Source: Paludibacteraceae bacterium (GTDB taxonomy: Bacteria; Bacteroidota; Bacteroidia; Bacteroidales; Paludibacteraceae). Taken from it: DNA of 64,000 nucleotides. Positions 9,400 to 16,973 of this stretch are shown in pieces. Under the pieces are notes generated by a model, which saw nothing but the letters and a program-made list of their open reading frames with translations, was not told the origin of the DNA and did not search any database. Positions within the stretch are counted from its first letter, which is position 1. Each line of letters starts with the position of its first letter. The stretch spans positions 12,943-76,942 of the forward strand of contig JAFOWX010000025.1 of the NCBI GenBank assembly GCA_017391905.1, given 5' to 3'. Both the position numbers and the translations under genes were made by a program.

Positions 9400-10230
9400 A
9401 TGCAAAAAACAATATACTACTTATTAGTGGCACTGTTTATGGGCTTGCTAAGCAGTTGCAACGACGTAAACTTGGGAAACCTTTTTTACAGCAGTTTTAA
9501 CGTGGACCAACGTTTTGCCTCTTCCATGCAGTACAATGCCGAACATTCGGCCATATACCAAGAAGTGACAGAAGACTACAGCTTTATTCTGTGCAGCGAC
9601 TTGCACATTCAACAAGAGGACAATCCATACATAGAAGCATTTTTTAATGCCGAAATACAGCAAGAGGCACAATTTGTGGTGTATAACGGCGACCTTTTTC
9701 ACGGACAAGAAGCAGAAGCGCAAAAAGCCCACCAACTGTTGCAAGCAAAAAACACCCTGCCCTACTACTGTTTGGCAGGAAACCACGACCTTTATTTTGG
9801 TTGGGACTTGTACCACCGCTATTTTGGCAGTTCTACCTACGCCATTACCATAGCCACTCCCACGGCAACAGACCTTATGTTGGTTTTGGAATCGGCATCG
9901 GGCACGTTGGGCAAAGACCAATTGGCATGGCTTAAACAGCAACTAAACGAAGAACGAGGCAAATACCGCCATTGTTTTGTGGTAACACATACCAATTTTA
10001 CGCACCTTCACGCCACCAATGGCATTTTTATGGATGACGAACGACACGTACTGTTCCGTTTATTTGCAGACCACCGTGTTACCGCGGTAATTAGCGGACA
10101 CGCACACAAAGAGCACCAGATTACCTACTTAGGTGTGCCTTACTATACCACCAATGCGCTCAAAAACGGAGCGTATGGCCAACTAAACGTAACGGAAAAA
10201 GTTTGTACTTGGGAATTTAAACAACTATAA
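9400..10230 (+). CDS. metallophosphoesterase (calcineurin-like), probable lipoprotein
   Basis: Lipobox LLSSC. Metal-binding motifs are CSDLHI, NGDLFH, GNHD and GHAH. Confidence 0.8.
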   Translation: MQKTIYYLLVALFMGLLSSCNDVNLGNLFYSSFNVDQRFASSMQYNAEHSAIYQEVTEDYSFILCSDLHIQQEDNPYIEAFFNAEIQQEAQFVVYNGDLFHGQEAEAQKAHQLLQAKNTLPYYCLAGNHDLYFGWDLYHRYFGSSTYAITIATPTATDLMLVLESASGTLGKDQLAWLKQQLNEERGKYRHCFVVTHTNFTHLHATNGIFMDDERHVLFRLFADHRVTAVISGHAHKEHQITYLGVPYYTTNALKNGAYGQLNVTEKVCTWEFKQL

Positions 10231-10233
10231 CGG

Positions 10234-10854
10234 CTATTTTCGGCCAAAATCTGCCGGAATTTCGCCCCAATTGGGGGTATCCCATTTTAGAATAGGATTG
10301 CTGTAGGTATTGTTTTGCAACCAACGTTCTGCCGCCTCGATGCGTTCAAACACAAGCGCATTTTGAGGCGTTTTTTCTAATTTGGTTTTGCACTTTTTGG
10401 CTTTTACCCAGGCTTGCGCCGTTACGCTATCGGAGTAAATAGGCATGTTGCTACCTTGCTTTTTAAGCAACGCCAAACCATGTACAATGGCCAAAAACTC
10501 GCCTATGTTGTTGGTGGCTTCTTTGTAAACGCCTTGAATAAAAATTTGTTGGCCTGTTTTTACGTAAACACCACGGTATTCCATATCACCCGGGTTGCCG
10601 CTACAGGCTGCATCTACAGCCAAGCTATCGGTTATGATAGAGGCATGAGCCGTTGGTTTGGCTGTTTTTACCGATTGCGATTTGATACACTGCCAATAGT
10701 TTTGGTTAAGAGCCTGTTGGGCTTCTTGCTGCGTAGCAAAGGCTTTATACTGCGCCCCTTCAAATCCCTTTACCTGCTCCTCGCATTCTTTCCACGAGTT
10801 GTAAACGCCAGGGGTTTTACCCTTCCAAACGGTATAAAATTTATTCTTAGCCAT
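10234..10854 (-). CDS. rnhA: ribonuclease HI with an N-terminal hybrid-binding (Cauli_VI-like) domain
   Basis: N-terminus FYTVWKGKTPGVYNSWKECEEQVKGFEGAQYKAF. The RNase H domain reads VDAACSGNPGDMEYRGV...NNIGEFLAIVHGL...IYSDS. Confidence 0.9.
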   Translation of the reverse strand: MAKNKFYTVWKGKTPGVYNSWKECEEQVKGFEGAQYKAFATQQEAQQALNQNYWQCIKSQSVKTAKPTAHASIITDSLAVDAACSGNPGDMEYRGVYVKTGQQIFIQGVYKEATNNIGEFLAIVHGLALLKKQGSNMPIYSDSVTAQAWVKAKKCKTKLEKTPQNALVFERIEAAERWLQNNTYSNPILKWDTPNWGEIPADFGRK

Positions 10855-10855
10855 T

Positions 10856-10916
10856 GATGAGTTGGTGATGCGGTGATTTGGTTATTCGGTGAGTCGTTTT
10901 CGGTCACTGAGCTTGT
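10856..10916 (-). repeat. octamer-periodic repeat (5 units) plus an 18-nt module, in the ybaN-rnhA spacer directly 5' of the rnhA ATG
   Basis: On the plus strand the units are GATGAGTT GGTGATGC GGTGATTT GGTTATTC GGTGAGTC, then TTCGGTCACTGAGCTTGT (10899-10916). Confidence 0.9.
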
Positions 10917-10926
10917 TACCCCCTAT

Positions 10927-11310
10927 TTAGTGGTTATCTTGCCTATTACTTGGGTACGATAAAATGTGCCAAGTTACGCCAATAGCAATGGCAAAAAGCA
11001 ACAGACGTACCCATAAAAGAGAGACGGCAAATACGGCCGAAACGGTTATGGTAATCCACAACATGCTAATAGCATACACCTTAATGCGTACAGGAATACA
11101 CTTGTTTTCTTGAAAATTTTTAATGTAAGGCCCTAAGTGTTTGCTATCTAACAGGCGTTTGTGCCACGCAGGCGCGCTGCGAAAATAGCAATAGGAAGTA
11201 AGCAACAAAAAGGGGGTTGTGGGCAATACCGGCAAAACAATGCCCAATATTCCCAAAGCCAACGAAATGGTACCTACTATGCGCAATACTATTTTTAGCA
11301 TAACGGGCAC
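10927..11310 (-). CDS. YbaN/DUF454 family inner-membrane protein
   Basis: GIVLPVLPTTPFLLLTSYCYFRSAPAWHKRLL motif and four predicted TM segments. Confidence 0.8.
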   Translation of the reverse strand: MPVMLKIVLRIVGTISLALGILGIVLPVLPTTPFLLLTSYCYFRSAPAWHKRLLDSKHLGPYIKNFQENKCIPVRIKVYAISMLWITITVSAVFAVSLLWVRLLLFAIAIGVTWHILSYPSNRQDNH

Positions 11311-11371
11311 AAAGATACTTTTTTGTTGAAAAAATCAGCGCATGCAACGCCCATTTCTTTCATTTTTTTAC

Positions 11372-11379
11372 TACATTTG
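11372..11379 (+). promoter_or_regulatory. candidate -7 box TACATTTG for recA
   Basis: Matches TAnnTTTG and lies 50 nt upstream of the ATG at 11429. It sits inside the N-terminal extension that the ORF track gives to recA. Confidence 0.45.
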
Positions 11380-11428
11380 CACAAGAGAGTTTTTCATCTT
11401 AATTATTAATCTAAAAAACCAAAATTTT

Positions 11429-12463
11429 ATGGCAGAACAAGAAAAAAAAGAAGCAAAATCATTGCCCAATGCTGAAAAACTAAAGGCATTGCAATTGGCA
11501 ATTGACAAAATTGAAAAAGACCACGGAAAAGGCACTATCATGAAGTTGGGCGACAACAAAGTGGTGGATGTTCCTGTAATTTCTACCGGATCTGTGGGAC
11601 TAAATATGGCTTTGGGCGTGGGCGGTTTTCCACGTGGCAGGGTAATTGAAATTTACGGACCTGAATCGTCTGGTAAAACCACCTTGGCTATTCACGCCAT
11701 TGCCGAAGCCCAAAAAGCCGGTGGCATTGCCGCTATCATCGACGCAGAGCACGCATTTGACCGTTTTTACGCCGAAAAATTGGGTGTGGATATTGACAAC
11801 TTGTTTATCTCACAACCCGACGACGGCGAACAAGCCCTTGAAATTGCCGACCAATTGATTCGTTCTTCGGCCATTGACATTATTGTCATTGACTCCGTAG
11901 CTGCGCTTACTCCCAAGGCAGAAATTGAAGGCGATATGGGCGACAACAAAGTAGGTTTGCAAGCGCGTTTGATGTCGCAAGCGTTACGTAAACTTACCGC
12001 CAACATTAACCGCACCAATACTTGCTGTATTTTCATTAACCAATTGCGCGAAAAAATTGGTGTTATGTTTGGCAATCCCGAAACAACCACCGGTGGTAAC
12101 GCCCTTAAATTTTACGCATCTATCCGTTTGGATATTCGCCGAACCAGCCAAATCAAAGACGGCGACGAGGTAATTGGCAACCAAACCCGCGTAAAAGTGG
12201 TAAAAAACAAAGTGGCTCCTCCATTCCGCAAAGCTGAATTTGACATCATGTTTGGCGAAGGCATTTCGCGCGTAGGCGAAATTATCGATTTGGGTGTTGA
12301 ATTGGGCATCATTAAGAAAAGCGGTTCATGGTTTAGCTACGGCGATACCAAATTGGCACAAGGCAGAGACGCGGTAAAACGCTTGCTAAGCGACAACCCC
12401 GAACTAAGCGCCGAGTTGGAAGAAAAAATCATGGCATCGGTAAACAACAAAGAAACAGAATAA
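11429..12463 (+). CDS. recA: recombinase RecA
   Basis: Start chosen at MAEQEKK. Motifs include [20 protein letters not shown] and [28 protein letters not shown]. Confidence 0.97.
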   Translation: MAEQEKKEAKSLPNAEKLKALQLAIDKIEKDHGKGTIMKLGDNKVVDVPVISTGSVGLNMALGVGGFPRGRVIEIYGPESSGKTTLAIHAIAEAQKAGGIAAIIDAEHAFDRFYAEKLGVDIDNLFISQPDDGEQALEIADQLIRSSAIDIIVIDSVAALTPKAEIEGDMGDNKVGLQARLMSQALRKLTANINRTNTCCIFINQLREKIGVMFGNPETTTGGNALKFYASIRLDIRRTSQIKDGDEVIGNQTRVKVVKNKVAPPFRKAEFDIMFGEGISRVGEIIDLGVELGIIKKSGSWFSYGDTKLAQGRDAVKRLLSDNPELSAELEEKIMASVNNKETE

Positions 12464-12472
12464 TTCACAACC

Positions 12473-12509
12473 GAGGCACCTTGGCTTAAAAGGTGCCTCT
12501 TGTATTTTT
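12473..12509 (+). terminator. rho-independent terminator after recA
   Basis: GAGGCACCTT / AAGGTGCCTC 10-bp stem with a 7-nt loop, followed by TTGTATTTTT. Confidence 0.8.
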
Positions 12510-12515
12510 ATCCTT

Positions 12516-13295
12516 ATGTACAACAACAAATTTAAACGCAACAACGCCCCTCGCAAAATGGGCGAGATGGGCAACAAAATGATTTTTGGCATTAGAGCCA
12601 TTATTGAAACCATTGAGGCTGGTCACGAAATTGACAAAATATTGCTAAAAAAAGACATGCAAAGCGAGCTTGCCCAAGAATTGTTTGCTGCAGTAAAAGG
12701 TAGGAACATTCCGGTGGTACGTGTTCCTGTGGAAAAGATAGACCGCATTACCAATAAAAACCACCAAGGTGCTGTTGCGTTTATTTCGCCGGTAGCATAC
12801 CAACGCATTACACACCTTATTCCCAAATTATACGAAGATGCCAAATGCCCCTTTATTGTGGTGTTAGACGGTGTTACAGACGTGCGTAATTTTGGTGCCA
12901 TTGCTCGTACTTGCGAGTGCGCAGGCGTAGATGCCATTATGATACCTCAGCTGGGCAGTGCCAGCATCAATGCCGACGCTATCAAAACCTCAGCAGGTGC
13001 ATTGCTTTCGCTTCCTGTTTGCCGCGAGCACAACTTGGCAGCCATGGTTAATTACCTAAAAGATTGCGGGTTACGCATTTTTGCTGCTTCGGAAAAAGCA
13101 ACTCAAACATATACCGAAGCAGATTATAGTGGTCCTATCGCCATAGTAATGGGCAGCGAAGATGTTGGTATTTCGCCCGAAATCTTGGCACTTTGCGATG
13201 AGCACGTAAGCATTCCTATTAACGGCAATATCCAGTCGCTTAACGTATCGGTTGCCGCTGGCGTACTTATCTACGAAGCAATAAAGAATAGATAA
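12516..13295 (+). CDS. rlmB: 23S rRNA (guanosine-2'-O)-methyltransferase, RlmB/SpoU family
   Basis: HQGAVAF, DGVTDVRNFGAIARTCECAGVD, and the SpoU knot motifs GSEDVGIS and SLNVSVAAGVLIYE. Confidence 0.85.
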   Translation: MYNNKFKRNNAPRKMGEMGNKMIFGIRAIIETIEAGHEIDKILLKKDMQSELAQELFAAVKGRNIPVVRVPVEKIDRITNKNHQGAVAFISPVAYQRITHLIPKLYEDAKCPFIVVLDGVTDVRNFGAIARTCECAGVDAIMIPQLGSASINADAIKTSAGALLSLPVCREHNLAAMVNYLKDCGLRIFAASEKATQTYTEADYSGPIAIVMGSEDVGISPEILALCDEHVSIPINGNIQSLNVSVAAGVLIYEAIKNR

Positions 13296-13331
13296 TGAAG
13301 GAAAGGTATTCATTCCTAACTCCAAACTAAG

Positions 13332-13994
13332 ATGAACGTACTATACGAAGACAATCATATCATTGTTGTAAACAAGGCGAGCGGTGAGATAGTGCAAGGT
13401 GACAAGACCGGCGACACTCCACTTGTGGAAACTGTGAGGGCTTACATCAAAGAAAAGTACAACAAGCCTGGCAATGTTTTTTGCGGGCTGACACATCGTT
13501 TAGACCGCCCTGTAAGCGGTGTAGTTATTTTTGCCAAAACCAGCAAGGCCCTTGAGCGCATCAACAACATGCTCAAAAACCACGAGATAAAGAAAACCTA
13601 TTGGGCCATTGTAAAAAATCCGCCTAAACAAAGCGAGTGTACGTTGGTAAATTATTTGGTGCGCAACGAAAAACAAAACAAATCATTCGCTTACCCTACA
13701 GAAAAACCAAACTCCAAACGCGCCGAACTTAACTACAAAGTAATTGGCAAATCGGACCGATATACCTTGTTAGAGGTAAACCTTATTACGGGCAGACACC
13801 ACCAAATACGTTGCCAATTGGCAGCCATGGGTTGCCCCATTAAAGGCGACCTAAAATACGGTTTTGATCGCTCCAACCCCGACGGCAGCATCTGCCTACA
13901 TGCCCGCAGCATAGAGTTCATCCACCCTGTTTCCAAAGAACGCATCCACGTACAAGCCCCCACCCCACAAGACACACTGTGGAAAGCGTTTTAA
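13332..13994 (+). CDS. RluA-family pseudouridine synthase (no S4 domain)
   Basis: Catalytic HRLDRPVSGVVIFAKT motif, GRHHQIRCQLA and LHA. Confidence 0.85.
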   Translation: MNVLYEDNHIIVVNKASGEIVQGDKTGDTPLVETVRAYIKEKYNKPGNVFCGLTHRLDRPVSGVVIFAKTSKALERINNMLKNHEIKKTYWAIVKNPPKQSECTLVNYLVRNEKQNKSFAYPTEKPNSKRAELNYKVIGKSDRYTLLEVNLITGRHHQIRCQLAAMGCPIKGDLKYGFDRSNPDGSICLHARSIEFIHPVSKERIHVQAPTPQDTLWKAF

Positions 13995-14002
13995 GTCCAC
14001 AA

Positions 14003-14071
14003 ACCGAACAAGTACCGAACAAGTTTCAGCAACAAAACAGGACAAGTACGGGACAAGTACAGGGCAAGTTC
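14003..14071 (+). repeat. about 11-nt tandem repeats (ACCGAACAAGT x2, GACAAGTACGG-like x3) in the leader of the next gene
   Basis: Read directly: ACCGAACAAGT ACCGAACAAGT ttcagcaacaaaacag GACAAGTACGG GACAAGTACAGG GCAAGTTC. Confidence 0.9.
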
Positions 14072-14102
14072 AAAATAATATATTCACAGAAAACACACTG
14101 TA

Positions 14103-14900
14103 ATGAACACCAAAACATTCATCTACATACTATTGTTTGCTCTTTTGGGATTACTAAGTTGTCAAAGAGAAAATAAGCAACAGGAAACTTCCAAGAACAA
14201 TTGCAAACAAGTTGTTTTAACAGGGAAAATAACAAAAGACTTTTTATCTAATGATAATACTTTTCAATCACCTGATTCTTGTTTGTTCTACTGCCATAAT
14301 TATAACAATCAAGACTTAGTTTTTTATTCTGGGTCATTTCAAGGAGAAGGAAATATTACAATACTATACACATTAAAAGGAGATACTGCACACGATATTT
14401 TATACCATCCCGGCATTTTAACTAATTATCAAATCACTAACAATCAACTTATATACAACATCAAAGCAGAAGATTGTTGTGCTGGTATAAACATAAAAGA
14501 ACACACATTTTCTTTAAACCCACAACTTCAATCAACTCGTTTACACTCTATTTTTTCAATTAAAGGAACGTATATTCCTAAAGCAACTAAAAAACAAGAG
14601 TTTACGGTACAACAAGACACGCTTGTTTTAAGACTAACACCTGCCTATAAAGCTATATTTAACTACGAACTTGACACTGACGACAATACTATTGCACTCT
14701 TTCCAAAGGACTGCAAAGGATACATTTTAGCAGATAGCATAGATACCCAAAACAACGAGCTATGGCATTTTGTGGAAATAACAAATGCACCCATAGCCAA
14801 CACCCATTATTGGTATTACGAAAACAACGACACCACCAACATTTCATATCTTGGTTGGATAAGTCAAAAGTTATTAAATGATCTCTTTTTTGAAGACTAA
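14103..14900 (+). CDS. hypothetical lipoprotein
   Basis: 265-aa ORF with lipobox LLSC. I recognised no family. Confidence 0.6.
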   Translation: MNTKTFIYILLFALLGLLSCQRENKQQETSKNNCKQVVLTGKITKDFLSNDNTFQSPDSCLFYCHNYNNQDLVFYSGSFQGEGNITILYTLKGDTAHDILYHPGILTNYQITNNQLIYNIKAEDCCAGINIKEHTFSLNPQLQSTRLHSIFSIKGTYIPKATKKQEFTVQQDTLVLRLTPAYKAIFNYELDTDDNTIALFPKDCKGYILADSIDTQNNELWHFVEITNAPIANTHYWYYENNDTTNISYLGWISQKLLNDLFFED

Positions 14901-14938
14901 CAATTAACCCTAAACACAAAATGAACACGATAACATAA

Positions 14939-14968
14939 AAGCGGTTGGCTCGAAAGAGTCAACCGCTT
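14939..14968. terminator. 13-bp hairpin between convergent genes (T-run on the minus strand)
   Basis: AAGCGGTTGGCTC gaaa GAGTCAACCGCTT. The minus-strand side is followed by TTTTATG. Confidence 0.65.
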
Positions 14969-14989
14969 CGTATGTAAAATTGTATTCTT

Positions 14990-15949
14990 TTATTTATTGA
15001 ATAGATCTTTTATTCCACCAAGGGAACCAAGCACTCCAGTTGCTTCGTAAGGCAAATAAACCGTTTTATTGTCCTTGCCAGAGGTCATTTCTTTTAAGCT
15101 TTCAATATACTTAATAGCAAGAAGGTATTGCACGGGATCTGAACCTTTGTTTGATGCCACAGCAGCGGAAATTTGAGCAATAGCTTTAGCTTCTGCCTCT
15201 GCTTGCAAAATTTGCGCTTCGGCTTGACCTTGCGCTTTTAAAATACGGGCTTGTTTTTCGGCTTCGGCAGCATTGATTTCAGCCGCTTTTTCACCTTCCG
15301 ATTTTAGAATAGCCGATTGTTTTTCACCCTCTGCTTTAAGGATTTCGGCACGACGGTCGCGTTCGGCCTGCATTTGTTTTTCCATGGCAAAACGGATGCT
15401 TTCCGGAGGCGTAATGTCTTGCAACTCTACACGATTTACTTTCACACCCCATTTATTGGTAGCCTCGTCCAATACATTGCGTAATTTGGAGTTAATGGTA
15501 TCGCGCGATGTAAGGGTTTCGTCCAATTCCATTTCGCCCACCACGTTACGCAAGGTGGTTTGGGTTAGTTTCTCGATGGCCATGGGCAAGTTTTTGATTT
15601 CGTACACAGACTTAACGGGATCAACAATTTGGAAATACAACAAGGCGTTGATTTCTGTCATAACGTTGTCTTTGGTAATAACGCTTTGTTTGTCAAAATC
15701 GTACACTTGTTCGCGCAAATCAATGCGGTTAAGCATGCGCAAAGCACCCGTGTTCATGCGCGCAATGGTTTCTTTGGGGCGCTCTACAATGGGCAGAATA
15801 ATGTTAATACCTGCTTGCAACGTTCGGTGATAACGTCCCAAGCGTTCTACAATCATGGTTTCAGATTGCGATACAATCTTAATACCGTTTAATACGTAAA
15901 TAACAACCAATGCGGCTGCTACTAACAAAATTACTGAAAATGCACTCAT
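14990..15949 (-). CDS. SPFH/Band-7 (stomatin-like) protein
   Basis: N-terminal TM helix, the SPFH core (IVERLGRYHRTLQAGINIILP...ALLYFQIVDP) and an AEAE-rich coiled coil. Confidence 0.9.
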   Translation of the reverse strand: MSAFSVILLVAAALVVIYVLNGIKIVSQSETMIVERLGRYHRTLQAGINIILPIVERPKETIARMNTGALRMLNRIDLREQVYDFDKQSVITKDNVMTEINALLYFQIVDPVKSVYEIKNLPMAIEKLTQTTLRNVVGEMELDETLTSRDTINSKLRNVLDEATNKWGVKVNRVELQDITPPESIRFAMEKQMQAERDRRAEILKAEGEKQSAILKSEGEKAAEINAAEAEKQARILKAQGQAEAQILQAEAEAKAIAQISAAVASNKGSDPVQYLLAIKYIESLKEMTSGKDNKTVYLPYEATGVLGSLGGIKDLFNK

Positions 15950-15956
15950 ATTTATT

Positions 15957-16049
15957 GGTGATTTGGTTATGCGGTTATTCGGTTATTTGGTGATTCGGTG
16001 ATTCGGTAATTCGGTGATTCGGGCACTTCGACAAGCTCAGTGACCGAAT
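15957..16049 (-). repeat. eight tandem octamers (GGTGATTC type) plus a hairpin carrying the 18-nt module, filling the nfeD-SPFH spacer
   Basis: The octamers span 15957-16020: GGTGATTT GGTTATGC GGTTATTC GGTTATTT GGTGATTC GGTGATTC GGTAATTC GGTGATTC. The hairpin is ATTCGGGCACT (16017-27) / AGTGACCGAAT (16039-49). Confidence 0.95.
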
Positions 16050-16057
16050 AATGCGGT

Positions 16058-16495
16058 TCATCCCTCCTTTTTTACGGTTAATATCAAGCTGTCTTGTTTC
16101 ACGATGGTAACATTGGTACCAACGGGAATGACGGTATCATCGGCTACCACGGCTTTCCAATCATCGCCATTAACGGCTACCCTACCCGTATGCTTTTGCG
16201 GGTTAATCTCCTCCGTTACCACCCCTTGCATACCAACAACCGCCTGCGCATTCATAGGCACGTATTGTTGCTTTTTGGTTAAATACTTTAAAGCCAATGG
16301 TCTGATAAAAGCAAAGGCCAACAGCGAACCGGCGCCAAAGGCTATCATTTGCCAATCAAAATCGTAGCCTACATACGCTACTAATGCACCCAATAAGGTA
16401 CCTACAGCAAAACATACTATACCAAAACCTGCGGTTACAATTTCTATAATAACCAGCAAAACAGAAATAATAAGCCAATAGTGAAAGGGTTCCAT
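16058..16495 (-). CDS. NfeD-family membrane protein (partner of the SPFH protein)
   Basis: TM-rich N-terminus plus a C-terminal OB-like segment (GRVAVNGDDWKAVVADDTVIPVGTNVTIV). It lies upstream of the SPFH gene on the same strand. Confidence 0.85.
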   Translation of the reverse strand: MEPFHYWLIISVLLVIIEIVTAGFGIVCFAVGTLLGALVAYVGYDFDWQMIAFGAGSLLAFAFIRPLALKYLTKKQQYVPMNAQAVVGMQGVVTEEINPQKHTGRVAVNGDDWKAVVADDTVIPVGTNVTIVKQDSLILTVKKEG

Positions 16496-16498
16496 GAT

Positions 16499-16554
16499 GT
16501 TGATGCGATGATTTGGTTATTCGTTTATTCGTTTAGGCGCTTAGTCGATTATTC
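16499..16554 (-). repeat. seven degenerate octamers directly 5' of the nfeD ATG
   Basis: GTTGATGC GATGATTT GGTTATTC GTTTATTC GTTTAGGC GCTTAGTC GATTATTC. Confidence 0.9.
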
Positions 16555-16889
16555 GGGCTTTGCCCTCATGAAGTTTGGCTGCGGTTCGGCATAGATAATA
16601 AATTATCTCTGCGCTCACCTTGCACAAACATTGCCATGGAATACCGTCTGCGAGGAGCGGAATAGATTTTACTTTTTGAGGGCGTTAAAAAAATCCGTGT
16701 GTTTGAGCCAAAGGCGAGTTAGGATTTTTAGGCCGAAAAATGCAAAATCAGCTCCGAACAGTGGGTATGACAGGCAATGACTATGCGTTTTTGCGATTAT
16801 TTGATTAACAAATGTACAAAATAATCTGTGGTTACGTAAAAGGATATTACATTTTTTTACATACTATTGCATTTATAAACAATGTTTTG

Positions 16890-16897
16890 TATTTTTG
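16890..16897 (+). promoter_or_regulatory. candidate -7 box TATTTTTG for the pullulanase gene
   Basis: TAnnTTTG match 77 nt upstream of the ATG at 16974. Confidence 0.35.
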
Positions 16898-16973
16898 TCC
16901 CAAATATGCAAATTTATATGCCTATGAATAAACCTTTTACGAATCAAATTACACCTATAAAAAAATCACAACA

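Noticed and set aside
11342-11428. N-terminal extension of recA in the ORF track ([18 protein letters not shown]...).
   Set aside because: The extension contains the candidate -7 promoter box, is not RecA-like, and is hydrophobic junk. The conserved RecA N-terminus begins at the ATG at 11429.
13979-14176. A 65-aa ORF spanning the 11-nt repeat region.
   Set aside because: Its sequence (PQTEQVPNKFQQQNRTSTGQVQGKF...) is simply the tandem repeat read in-frame, and it overlaps the start of the real lipoprotein gene out of frame.
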